Virus record (IMG/VR): IMGVR_UViG_3300033480_000002
Coordinates: 1-51,768 of that record
Length of the DNA: 51,768 nt
Source of the DNA: a virus
Strand: one strand, 5' to 3'
This document shows positions 34,261 through 41,719 of the stretch, one piece after another; the stretch's first letter is position 1, and each line of letters begins with the position of its first letter. The notes under the pieces are model-generated. The model had not been told where the DNA came from. It made no database searches and was given only the letters and a program-made list of their open reading frames with translations. A program made the position numbers and the translations under genes.

Positions 34261-34729
34261 GCAGTTCGCTGGGAGGTTGAGCATTCCCTCTATAGGTCCC
34301 CGGGGTGTGTACAGCCTTCGCTTCCGCTGTATCGAGGAGCACGACTGCAAAGAGAGAAATTGCCCCAAGTATCTCGGATTCGGAGATGCCCAGACTCGCC
34401 TGTTCAATATCCAGGATATCCACGATGCCGTGGATGAGATCTGCGTAACCGAGGGAGAATTGGATTGTGTTGTTCTCAGCCAATGTGGGTTCTACGCAGT
34501 TGGAGTTCCTGGCTCAGACAACTGGAAGAAGCACCACCCTCGAATGCTCACTGGGTTCGAGAGAGTCTTTGTCTTGGGGGATGGTGACAAGGCTGGAGCT
34601 GGTTTTGCCAAAAGGGTTGTCGCTTCCCTCTCTAACGCAGTCAATGTCCAGTTACCTCAAGGAATGGATGTCAACGATTACTATCTCGCCAAAGGCGAGG
34701 ACGGAATAAGGGAGTTAATCCATGCGTGA
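34088..34729 (+). CDS. DNA primase, linker plus TOPRIM part
   Basis: LALLYLRARGINPDTAERFRLGVV (primase linker), then EGELDCVVL and VLGDGDKAG (TOPRIM E and DxD). Frame 2, overlapping the Zn-finger ORF by 173 nt. Confidence 0.7.
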   Translation: MILRPLSSSQRKSLERATARYEISRELALLYLRARGINPDTAERFRLGVVSDPLMGHEQFAGRLSIPSIGPRGVYSLRFRCIEEHDCKERNCPKYLGFGDAQTRLFNIQDIHDAVDEICVTEGELDCVVLSQCGFYAVGVPGSDNWKKHHPRMLTGFERVFVLGDGDKAGAGFAKRVVASLSNAVNVQLPQGMDVNDYYLAKGEDGIRELIHA

Positions 34730-34955
34730 TCCAATAATCGAGCGGAACTTTACTTACCATAAGCCCAATGATGACCAGGTTGCCCGGATGGAAACCTTCC
34801 GGAATGCGGCTAAAGATCTTGCCTACGAGATCAAGAATGAAGCTCCATTGTGTTATGAGACATCTGTCGCAATGGAAAAGCTGTCTGAGGTTGTCATGTG
34901 GGTTAACGCAGCTATCGCCAGGGAGGTTGAGAATGTCTCCGCACTGCGAGGGTAA
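34722..34955 (+). CDS. Small helical-hairpin protein (77 aa); possible Acb2/Tad1-hairpin-like family (recollection only)
   Basis: Signature FTYHKP...Q..R....R.AAKDLA..I....P...E.S.A..KL.E..MWVNAAIARE. I associate this YHxP...NAAIAR pattern with a widespread phage two-helix family linked to nucleotide-signal sponges. Not verified. Confidence 0.35.
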   Translation: MRDPIIERNFTYHKPNDDQVARMETFRNAAKDLAYEIKNEAPLCYETSVAMEKLSEVVMWVNAAIAREVENVSALRG

Positions 34956-35214
34956 CACCTGCCCCGATGAGAGGAAGCTGGACGAAGTATTCAGCCGGGA
35001 ATTCAGCGACTGGGACGAGACCACCAATCCCTCTCCGGGAAATATCGTAACTAAGTGGATTGCCATTGTCGAGGTCTGTGACGTCGATGGCAGGCGGCGA
35101 CTTCAATGGTGCACCTCGGAGAGCATGGCCCCTTGGGATGCGAGGGGAGTCCTCCTGTCTGTCGTTGACGAGCTGGACCCACCGTCTGTGGTGATGGCTG
35201 GCGGGTGTAGCTAA
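34933..35214 (+). CDS. Hypothetical protein (93 aa)
   Basis: Trimmed to the ATG after GGGAGGTTGAGA (MSPHCEGNTCPDERKLDE...). 23-nt overlap with the upstream gene. Confidence 0.6.
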   Translation: MSPHCEGNTCPDERKLDEVFSREFSDWDETTNPSPGNIVTKWIAIVEVCDVDGRRRLQWCTSESMAPWDARGVLLSVVDELDPPSVVMAGGCS

Positions 35215-35297
35215 TGCCCTGTATTCAGATCATGCCCGGAGTAATTGTCTGCCTCCGGGATCCAGATGAGGACGACGAGGATTGGGGTGACGAGTGA
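35214..35297 (+). CDS. Micro-ORF (27 aa, acidic), uncertain
   Basis: MPCIQIMPGVIVCLRDPDEDDEDWGDE. Start overlaps the upstream TAA (TAATG) and its stop overlaps the next GTG (GTGA), exactly bridging two genes. Confidence 0.3.
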   Translation: MPCIQIMPGVIVCLRDPDEDDEDWGDE

Positions 35298-35830
35298 AGG
35301 TTATCTTTTGGGATTTGGAGACCACAGATCTCAAAGCTCTTATGGGGCGCATCATTTGTTGCTCATTTGTTACGCTTGAAGGTGACATCTGGACATACAG
35401 GGGTGATGATGACCCCTACCGCAGAGCCGACCTGATTGATGATGGCGCACTTTGTGTCACCATCCGGGACACCCTAGAAGACTTCGACCTGATTGTTGCC
35501 CACAATGGACGGCTGTTCGATATTCCCATGTTGAATGCCAGATTGGCGAAGGTGGGGGAGCGTCCGCTCAACCCTCACTTTGTGATGGATCCTCGCTGGT
35601 ACCTCAATTCCTCATCGATGAGGATCGGATCAGCGAAGCTGGAGAATGCCCAAAAGTTTTTCGGTCTCACGGAGTCGAAGACTCCGATCTCATGGGAGAC
35701 CTGGCAGAGGGCCGGTATGGGAGACCGGGCTGCCATGGATGAGGTGGTACGGCACTGCGAACAGGATGTGCTGGTGCTGCGGGAGTTGTACCCGCATGTA
35801 TTGCCTTACGTAAAGACGTTGCACCGGTAA
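35294..35830 (+). CDS. DEDD-type 3'-5' exonuclease (RNase H-like fold)
   Basis: ExoI FWDLETTD, ExoII VAHNGRLFDIPML, ExoIII VVRHCEQDV. Confidence 0.75.
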   Translation: MKVIFWDLETTDLKALMGRIICCSFVTLEGDIWTYRGDDDPYRRADLIDDGALCVTIRDTLEDFDLIVAHNGRLFDIPMLNARLAKVGERPLNPHFVMDPRWYLNSSSMRIGSAKLENAQKFFGLTESKTPISWETWQRAGMGDRAAMDEVVRHCEQDVLVLRELYPHVLPYVKTLHR

Positions 35831-36234
35831 TGGGTGGGTATGGCTTCAAGCCAGGAGACCGAGTACGGGTCATCGGGGGAAATCCCCCAAGGGGCCTCAC
35901 TGGAGAGATTATCCGTGATGCCAGCTACCTGGGTTGGGTGATTAAGGCGGATCCCCCTTTCAATGCTATCGAGAGTTTCATATACGGCTGGGAATTGGAG
36001 ATGGAAGTGCATCCTACTCACTTTGGCTGGGCGCTGGAGCAGCTTAAGCTTGGGCGACTTCTCGCCCGTAGGGGCTGGAATGGCAAGGGAATGTATGTGG
36101 CCCTCCAGGAGCCGGACGAGGGATCCGCGAATACCCTGCCCTACCTCTACGTGATCACCGTGACCGGCGATCGAGTCCCCTGGGTGGCAAGCCAGTCGGA
36201 CCTCCTGGCCATTGACTGGGAGCTTGTTGGGTGA
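35830..36234 (+). CDS. DUF2829-like (Tad2-type fold) domain protein with N-terminal extension
   Basis: C-terminal half FGWALEQLKLGRLLARRGWNGKGMYVALQEP...LPYLYVITVTGDRVPWVASQSDLLAIDWELV matches my memory of the DUF2829 consensus (F..A...lk.G..v.R.gW.....i......W..s..DlLa.DW). The N-terminal ~55 aa are SH3-like and unassigned. Confidence 0.6.
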   Translation: MGGYGFKPGDRVRVIGGNPPRGLTGEIIRDASYLGWVIKADPPFNAIESFIYGWELEMEVHPTHFGWALEQLKLGRLLARRGWNGKGMYVALQEPDEGSANTLPYLYVITVTGDRVPWVASQSDLLAIDWELVG

Positions 36235-36422
36235 ACTTCTACCGCAAGTCTGAAACCATTCACAATTGTCCACTTCCGCCGCTCCCGTTTGAGTGGGGAG
36301 AGGACTGGATCTGTGAGGACTGTGGGGCCAAGTGGCTAGCCACCGAGGCGTGGAAGCCGAAGAGTGGCCAGCGGTTTCAGTGGAGCCTATTGGAGTTAGG
36401 AAGAGGGGTTGGCAATGGGTAG
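36231..36422 (+). CDS. Hypothetical small protein (63 aa)
   Basis: GTGA overlap with the upstream gene. Contains CEDCG. Confidence 0.5.
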   Translation: MNFYRKSETIHNCPLPPLPFEWGEDWICEDCGAKWLATEAWKPKSGQRFQWSLLELGRGVGNG

Positions 36423-36642
36423 TAAGAAGATCACATTTGAGCAGGCAGTAAAGTCACTCTGGGAAGAGTGCGAGGAGTGGGGTAGCGAGGTTCATCCGTT
36501 CGTCCTCCTCATGTCCTTCGCTTACCGTTCTCCCGAATCTGTCAAGTCCTGGGAGGACGCTGACCACGAGGCAAAGAAGAGAGAGAAGCTCGGCCTGGCC
36601 CTGAGCCACCTTGGGGAGAGGTTGCTGGGGGAGAATGTTTGA
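36415..36642 (+). CDS. Hypothetical small acidic protein (75 aa)
   Basis: ATG follows GAGGGG (MGSKKITFEQAVKSLWEECEEWG...). Confidence 0.55.
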   Translation: MGSKKITFEQAVKSLWEECEEWGSEVHPFVLLMSFAYRSPESVKSWEDADHEAKKREKLGLALSHLGERLLGENV

Positions 36643-37336
36643 TGTCGATGCGGAAATCTATGGTGTCGCCCGCCAGGTCCACCGGGGTTACCGCTCATAC
36701 ATCACGTTGGCTGATTTGGCTCAGATTGGCCAGGTCTGGCGTTATGAGCATAAGAAACGGATGGAAGACCTAGAGGCGGCCCTGGCCGAAGAGATCATCA
36801 CTCCTCAAGCTGCTAGGTGGTCTCTTCGTCGAGACCTCCGCAGGGCCATGGAGCTGGAGGCCAGGAAGGCGAAGGCTCATTGGATTGGCTATGACCCGTC
36901 AGATGAGCAGTTCTATGGGCATGCTTCCATCGAGCTGATTCTGCCAGCGGTCTGGTTCGGGGAGATCTCCCCCCCCACGGCCTTCACTGGCCCCGTGGCG
37001 GGTAAGAGCGACCCCGCCGAGGGGAACACCTGGGCAGCCCGAGTCCAGGACGTCAAAGGGGCATGGGAGGGCTCTCACCTGACGGGCAGGGAGCAGGCGG
37101 TGCTGATCTATAACGTCTGCTATGAGCTGCCGATGACACATGTTGCAGAACTGTTCAATGTGGACGAATCCACCATTAGGCGCTGGAAAGCCGCAGCCCT
37201 GGATAAGATGGTCGATTTCCTGGGGGGCCCCCGTCCGCGGGGGTGTCCTTACGACTGCGAGTGCCACGAGGGAAGGCTCAGGCGCAGACCGAAGCTCCAC
37301 ACGAATGACAGCGGAGCCAATCAGATGCTAGGGTGA
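36635..37336 (+). CDS. Sigma-70 region-4-like HTH regulator (ECF-sigma-like candidate)
   Basis: REQAVLIYNVCYELPMTHVAELFNVDESTIRRWKAAALDKMVDFL is a region-4-type HTH. An upstream DLAQIGQVW resembles region 2. Start trimmed to the ATG at 36635 (overlaps the upstream stop). Confidence 0.55.
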   Translation: MFDVDAEIYGVARQVHRGYRSYITLADLAQIGQVWRYEHKKRMEDLEAALAEEIITPQAARWSLRRDLRRAMELEARKAKAHWIGYDPSDEQFYGHASIELILPAVWFGEISPPTAFTGPVAGKSDPAEGNTWAARVQDVKGAWEGSHLTGREQAVLIYNVCYELPMTHVAELFNVDESTIRRWKAAALDKMVDFLGGPRPRGCPYDCECHEGRLRRRPKLHTNDSGANQMLG

Positions 37337-37375
37337 ACCTGTCGTCATCGACCCCCAAGCGAGAGGCGACACTGA

Positions 37376-37549
37376 GAGGCCCCCAGGTTGCGCCGAAGCT
37401 GGGGGCCTCTTGCTGTACACTGGGGTTGCCCCTTCCTAGGGGGCGGCTCTACCACCGCACGCCATCCCGCCCCCCTCCTCTGCTCGGGGCGGGATGGCGA
37501 CAGGCGCCCCTCCGGACCCTCATCCGGAGGGGCGCTCTGCTGTATCTTT
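37376..37549 (+). other. Three consecutive GC-rich hairpins (terminator/structured RNA candidate)
   Basis: GAGGCCCCCAG/CTGGGGGCCTC plus TTGCTGT (37376-37416). GCCATCCCGCCCC/GGGGCGGGATGGC (37461-98). GCGCCCCTCCGGA/TCCGGAGGGGCGC plus TCTGCTGTATCTTT (37504-49). Confidence 0.6.
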
Positions 37550-37554
37550 GGTCC

Positions 37555-38091
37555 ATGGCTGCTAAACGACGCGCAAGCGCCTCGGCTGCTACGCCGGGCA
37601 CGGTGGACGAACTACGCGCGGTCACGCGCGAGGCTCATGAAGCCCTGAGAGATCTCAGAGTCGCAATGAGGGAGATCGAGGCCAAGTCTGCCGAGTTGGT
37701 CAAATTTCAAGACCAGACTACGAAAGTGCTTACGGACCTTATCCGTGCGGAGAAATATGATATAAAATCTTATGTACAAGAGACGGCACGAAATGATATA
37801 TGTCAATTAGGAGAGGAACTCAAAAGATTCCAGGACAAAGCTGAAGAGACCATTATTAGTAACATAACGGAATTGTACGACACTCTCACGGGTGAACCAT
37901 TAAGACAGGCGGGGTTGATACAATTTACAGTGTCAGAAATAGCGGCGATGGTTTCACGAGTACGCGTCATGGAAGTCATGGACGAGGAGACAAGGGAAGA
38001 GATCTTGCGGCTGATCCACGCCAGTGTCGTCATCGACACCCCTTCGCGGAGGAGGAACCCCGCCCTGGGAGAAGTATGGTCAGGGCCGTGA
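37555..38091 (+). CDS. Coiled-coil protein (178 aa), A+T-richer than surroundings
   Basis: Trimmed from the track's 37333 to MAAKRRASASA..., because the upstream part is the hairpin region. Long heptad-like charged helices. Last rightward gene. Confidence 0.6.
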   Translation: MAAKRRASASAATPGTVDELRAVTREAHEALRDLRVAMREIEAKSAELVKFQDQTTKVLTDLIRAEKYDIKSYVQETARNDICQLGEELKRFQDKAEETIISNITELYDTLTGEPLRQAGLIQFTVSEIAAMVSRVRVMEVMDEETREEILRLIHASVVIDTPSRRRNPALGEVWSGP

Positions 38092-38244
38092 TACAATGAG
38101 CGTGCGGGGTTCGGGGGCGGGGACCGCACATCCCCCCCGCGTCCTCCTGTGTGAGGGTGGTCAGGAAAGAGGGGCTCGGTGCGGCTGAGGCGCCGAGCCC
38201 CTCGCCTTATGGTATGCTTATATTACTTGCTAGGGCATGGCAAG

Positions 38245-38286
38245 GAGAGGGTCACCGTTGCGAGCGGTGGCCCTCTCGTTTATTTG
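38245..38286 (+). terminator. Intrinsic terminator at the convergence point
   Basis: 13-bp stem GAGAGGGTCACCG-ttgcgag-CGGTGGCCCTCTC followed by GTTTATTTG. Overlaps the stop of the minus-strand gene at 38280. A further hairpin lies at 38169-38203. Confidence 0.7.
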
Positions 38287-39017
38287 CGCCGGTATACGCT
38301 GAGTTCGTCGTGGATGTGAGACCAACTGACGTGGTGCTCACAGTCGGCAACCAACTCCCAGTCGCTCTCCAACCCCGCAAAGAACGGGTCATTGGCGTTG
38401 CACCCGCCCAGCCCTTCGCCGCAGTAGAACAGGGTGTCTCCGTTGTAGGCAGCCAGTGCGACCATTGCCATGTCACGACTGTGGGGGGGCCAACATAGAA
38501 ACAACGCCCGGTCGGGATGCAACGCAGATACCATCGCATCCCCCTGGTGGATTGGGTGATATTCGCAATGTCCAGTCCATCCCGTATCCGCTGGCGGGCA
38601 GTGGTATTTATTTCCCCCCTTGCTGGGTGGATTCAGATCATAAGCAACGACATCAACCCCGCACTGGCTCAGTAGCCATGCCCAGTAGCCGGTCCCCGCA
38701 CCGATTTCAACCACGCATCGGTCTGCTATTTGCTTCACCATCCATTGAATGGCCTTGGGGTGCGGGATAGCCCAGGAATACTGAACAGCTAGCCTATCCC
38801 TAGAGGGCATTTCGTCAAGATGGTCTTTCTTAGCCTTGACCTCCTCCGGAGGAAAGTCCATCAAGGCTAGAATCGGATGGCCTATGGGTTCCCATCTCCC
38901 GTAAAACTGCTGCGTGATCTTGTCACCAGGAATGTCCTTAACTATATCCCAGTAGGGATTCTGTATCTTCATCTGCTTCCGACTTAACCCCGTCGTATTG
39001 GCTACTTGCGACGCCAC
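38280..39017 (-). CDS. Class I SAM-dependent methyltransferase-fold protein
   Basis: Motif I VVEIGAGTGYWAWLL followed by VVAYDLNP (acidic motif II). Start uncertain: GTG at 39017, or the ATG giving MKIQNPYW. Confidence 0.65.
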   Translation of the reverse strand: MASQVANTTGLSRKQMKIQNPYWDIVKDIPGDKITQQFYGRWEPIGHPILALMDFPPEEVKAKKDHLDEMPSRDRLAVQYSWAIPHPKAIQWMVKQIADRCVVEIGAGTGYWAWLLSQCGVDVVAYDLNPPSKGGNKYHCPPADTGWTGHCEYHPIHQGDAMVSALHPDRALFLCWPPHSRDMAMVALAAYNGDTLFYCGEGLGGCNANDPFFAGLESDWELVADCEHHVSWSHIHDELSVYRRK

Positions 39018-39147
39018 ATCACATCAAGCGGCCCTAGGCGAAAACCAAAGGCTAGATCTTTCCTGATTGGCCACCACCAAATCCCGAGCATCCATTGTGT
39101 CCAAAAGATCTTTACACTAATTTCCATACTTCACCTAGTCAGCCAGC

Positions 39148-39180
39148 GGCCCCCGGGGAGCTACCCTGTCCCCGGGGGCC
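39148..39180. other. Strong hairpin GGCCCCCGGGGA-gctaccctg-TCCCCGGGGGCC
   Basis: 12-bp perfect stem in the 477-bp gap between two leftward genes. No U-run on either strand. Confidence 0.7.
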
Positions 39181-39297
39181 TGATGTCTGGATGGGAGATT
39201 AGAAGTCTCGTCCTTGACAAAGACTACCATCTCGGCGGTTAGCTGCGCCGTTTCATGAGATGCCGCCACTCTGGCCACTGAGTTATGGGGCCATGAT

Positions 39298-39328
39298 TGG
39301 AGACCCCAACGGGATTCGAACCCGTGAC
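39298..39328 (-). other. tRNA 3'-end fragment (T arm, acceptor 3' strand, CCA): att-like core candidate
   Basis: The minus strand reads GTC-ACGGG-TTCGAAT-CCCGT-TGGGGTC-T-CCA. I could fold no matching 5' acceptor or anticodon arm upstream, so it is a fragment and not a gene. Confidence 0.6.
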
Positions 39329-39460
39329 TGCGACAAACTTAGGCGTCAGCTTGACCCCTATCAATCCAATAGGCGATCTCCGCTCGGTGGTGTAGTCACA
39401 TATGCTGTGGGCGAGAGGAGGGGCAGGAAGAGCAGGATGAGGATGAGGATGACATCACCC

Positions 39461-39490
39461 CAGTGCCCATACTGGCAGTGCCCATACTGG
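39461..39490. repeat. Exact tandem 15-mer cagtgcccatactgg x2 (plus aggatg x3 at 39434-39452)
   Basis: Read directly. Lies about 130 nt from the tRNA fragment and just 3' of gene 39495..40244. Confidence 0.85.
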
Positions 39491-39494
39491 GGAG

Positions 39495-40244
39495 CTATTG
39501 GGAGGAGAGAGACGGCAGGAGGTAGGAGAACAGAGCACCGGCTCGCAGCGAGGGAGCTGGGGTCGTGTTGGCTCGCTCTCGGGCTTCTCGGATTGCGATG
39601 AGCAGGATATGACCGCGGAGGAGAAGGTCATCCTTGACGCCCTGGGGGAGGGCGCCAGAGAACTGGATGGACGTCCAGTACCCCTCCAGTTGCCGATCTT
39701 CCATCATGGCGGTCTGGGCGGGGTGTTTGTCCGTGGGGGGGACGACCACGACTGGCCTCTTGAAGTCCACCACCCGGGCCGTCTTGACCGAAGCAGCCTG
39801 ATAGAGAGCTGCACTGTCGGTGTCTGCCCATTCGAGCGCTGGGTCAAGCACAGGGGCCTGCTCGACGACCGTGAGCCAGTTCTGCACCAGGCGCTCGAAT
39901 GCTAGGAGTGCCCCGACAGGGACGCCGCTCATGAGTGCCTGGCCATGGATGAGGATATCCGCCTTGGCGATCTGATTGGCAGCCTCGCGGGTGAGCGCGA
40001 TACCTGCCCGCTCGGTCATCTCGACGGCTACGGTATTGAGCACCTGTGGCGCCCGCTCCTGGACTCGCTTGCTCTCTCGCGGGAGAGCGGCTCCGCCCTC
40101 GCGGGCAACCTCGTAGGTGCGCTCCAAGCCCCCAAAGAGGGATGTCTTGGAGAGGGTAGAAATAGCCGCCTGCCGGGCCTCCTCAGCCCGCCTGGCAACG
40201 GCGGGCTCGGCCGCCAGCACTTGGCACAGGAGTGATTGGCTCAT
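39495..40244 (-). CDS. Hypothetical protein (249 aa)
   Basis: Good coding-like composition. Conserved-looking blocks LFGGLERTY, LDPALEW, KHPAQT, FSGALP. I cannot name the family. Confidence 0.7.
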   Translation of the reverse strand: MSQSLLCQVLAAEPAVARRAEEARQAAISTLSKTSLFGGLERTYEVAREGGAALPRESKRVQERAPQVLNTVAVEMTERAGIALTREAANQIAKADILIHGQALMSGVPVGALLAFERLVQNWLTVVEQAPVLDPALEWADTDSAALYQAASVKTARVVDFKRPVVVVPPTDKHPAQTAMMEDRQLEGYWTSIQFSGALPQGVKDDLLLRGHILLIAIREARERANTTPAPSLRAGALFSYLLPSLSSQ

Positions 40245-40331
40245 AAGACCACCCTAGCGAGATCCGCGACCTTGTCCAGAAAAACCGGAACCCCCGCCGT
40301 CACGAGTCGGCGGGGGTTCCGGGGCAGTCGG

Positions 40332-40796
40332 TCAGCCAGTGAAGGTCGGTGTATCTGTCACCGGTTCGTCGATCGATTCCGTGGGCTCACTGGTCGTTGT
40401 CTCGGTCGTCGTCCCGGTCGGCTCCACCGTGGTGGTGGTCGGCTGCGTCGTGGTTGCCGTCGTGGTGGTCGTCACGGCCGTGGTGGTTGTGGTGGTTGTG
40501 GGTGCGATGTAGTCCGCCCACCTCCACAGCGGCTTCCCCGTGCGGGGGTTGGTCTCATCCGTAATGAGACACTGCTGCGCTCCGACGATCCGTGGTGCCG
40601 GGAGCTTCGACGAGCAGAGCTGGCCTGTCGACGGCGTGGCCCACTCGCCACCTGCGGTGCAGTACTGCATCCCGTCCGTGGAGATGGTATACGGAGTGCA
40701 CTGCTGCTCTGCCTTGGCGGCTGCGCCGGTGGGTGCGGCCATCAGGCCGATCACACCGAGTGCGACCACCGCGAGTGCGGTGAGGATCCTGCGCAC
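40332..40796 (-). CDS. Secreted protein with poly-Thr linker
   Basis: GTG follows GGAAGGA. Signal-like N-terminus MRRILTALAVVALGVIGLMAAPTGAAA, a four-Cys domain, then TTTTTTTAVTTTTTATTTQPTTTT. Confidence 0.7.
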   Translation of the reverse strand: MRRILTALAVVALGVIGLMAAPTGAAAKAEQQCTPYTISTDGMQYCTAGGEWATPSTGQLCSSKLPAPRIVGAQQCLITDETNPRTGKPLWRWADYIAPTTTTTTTAVTTTTTATTTQPTTTTVEPTGTTTETTTSEPTESIDEPVTDTPTFTG

Positions 40797-40890
40797 GTGC
40801 GTCCTTCCAGAGTCGGTTGCCAGGGGCTCACGTTCAGCCCCTCATTGGCACTGATCTGGCGAGCCTAGCAGGCGCGGCGGTGAGCTGGTG

Positions 40891-40928
40891 CCAAAAGACA
40901 GAGACCCCCCGGTGACCGCCGGGGGGTC
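40891..40928 (-). terminator. Intrinsic terminator (minus strand)
   Basis: GACCCCCCGG-cggtca-CCGGGGGGTC on the minus strand, followed by TCTGTCTTTTGG. Confidence 0.7.
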
Positions 40929-40985
40929 CCCTGGAGGAGAAATCACGTCGCCTTGCCCTGACGACCTGAGCAGTGTATCAGGCCG

Positions 40986-41060
40986 TCAGCCCGTCCAGGA
41001 CTTGTAGCACCCCATGAGCCCGACAAGCAGGGCGACGATGAGTATGAATATCAGTCCCAT
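40986..41060 (-). CDS. Hydrophobic micro-ORF (24 aa), uncertain
   Basis: MGLIFILIVALLVGLMGCYKSWTG. ATG lies 3 nt after the stop of the upstream methyltransferase-fold gene. Followed by the 40891-40928 terminator. No SD. Confidence 0.35.
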   Translation of the reverse strand: MGLIFILIVALLVGLMGCYKSWTG

Positions 41061-41063
41061 ACG

Positions 41064-41717
41064 TTAAAGATTACCACGCCCCCAGACAGCTAGGAAATCT
41101 GGGCTACCATTCGCTGATCGTGAGAAGACAAATGAGGGATAACTAATAATATGGGGTAATTCCCAAATTGGTTTTAGTGCATGTACTGCAGTATTTCCAA
41201 TCATAATATACTGTAAACAATGTCTGATAACATCGGCTTCATCAACACCGATCTCATTCCCGCCCGCATAGTGACGCCCCGGGTCATACCTGTGGGTTAT
41301 CCAGCAACCAATTACAACATCGGGATCGTAGCGTCGAACTGCATCATGGGCGTCAATTTCAATCACATTGCGGCCGTATGGAACGGTGGGCTGTCCAGTT
41401 GCCCGGTATATGCGACGATATTTAGCTTTTCTCTGCATGCAGTTATCCGTCGCTCGGATATCGAGCGCCTGAGCTAGGACGCCATGCCCAGCGCCTATTT
41501 CGATTGCGCGACGGTCACCAATATAATCGCGCAAAAAATCGACCAGCTCAACTGTCGGGAAATTGTAGATCCCATAACGATGGCCAAACAGCGCCCGCTC
41601 CTCGATTGTCGTGCTCGCCCAGAATTCGGACGGCAACACGCGGACCCTGCCCGCACTGTCGAGGACATACGGGGAAATATCTCGGACGCGGGCAGGGTCC
41701 AGTTCGTTACTGATCAT
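41064..41717 (-). CDS. Class I SAM-dependent methyltransferase-fold protein (second copy of the fold)
   Basis: Motif I AIEIGAGHGVLAQAL. Clearly more A+T-rich than neighbouring genes (by eye). Confidence 0.6.
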   Translation of the reverse strand: MISNELDPARVRDISPYVLDSAGRVRVLPSEFWASTTIEERALFGHRYGIYNFPTVELVDFLRDYIGDRRAIEIGAGHGVLAQALDIRATDNCMQRKAKYRRIYRATGQPTVPYGRNVIEIDAHDAVRRYDPDVVIGCWITHRYDPGRHYAGGNEIGVDEADVIRHCLQYIMIGNTAVHALKPIWELPHIISYPSFVFSRSANGSPDFLAVWGRGNL

Positions 41718-41719
41718 TG

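Noticed and set aside
39298-39400. A complete tRNA gene on the minus strand at the att-like site
   Set aside because: Only the T arm, 3' acceptor strand and CCA fold correctly. The upstream sequence offers a D-arm-like CCTAT/ATAGG stem and a GGAGATC that pairs only out of register, and there is no anticodon arm. I treat it as a fragment.
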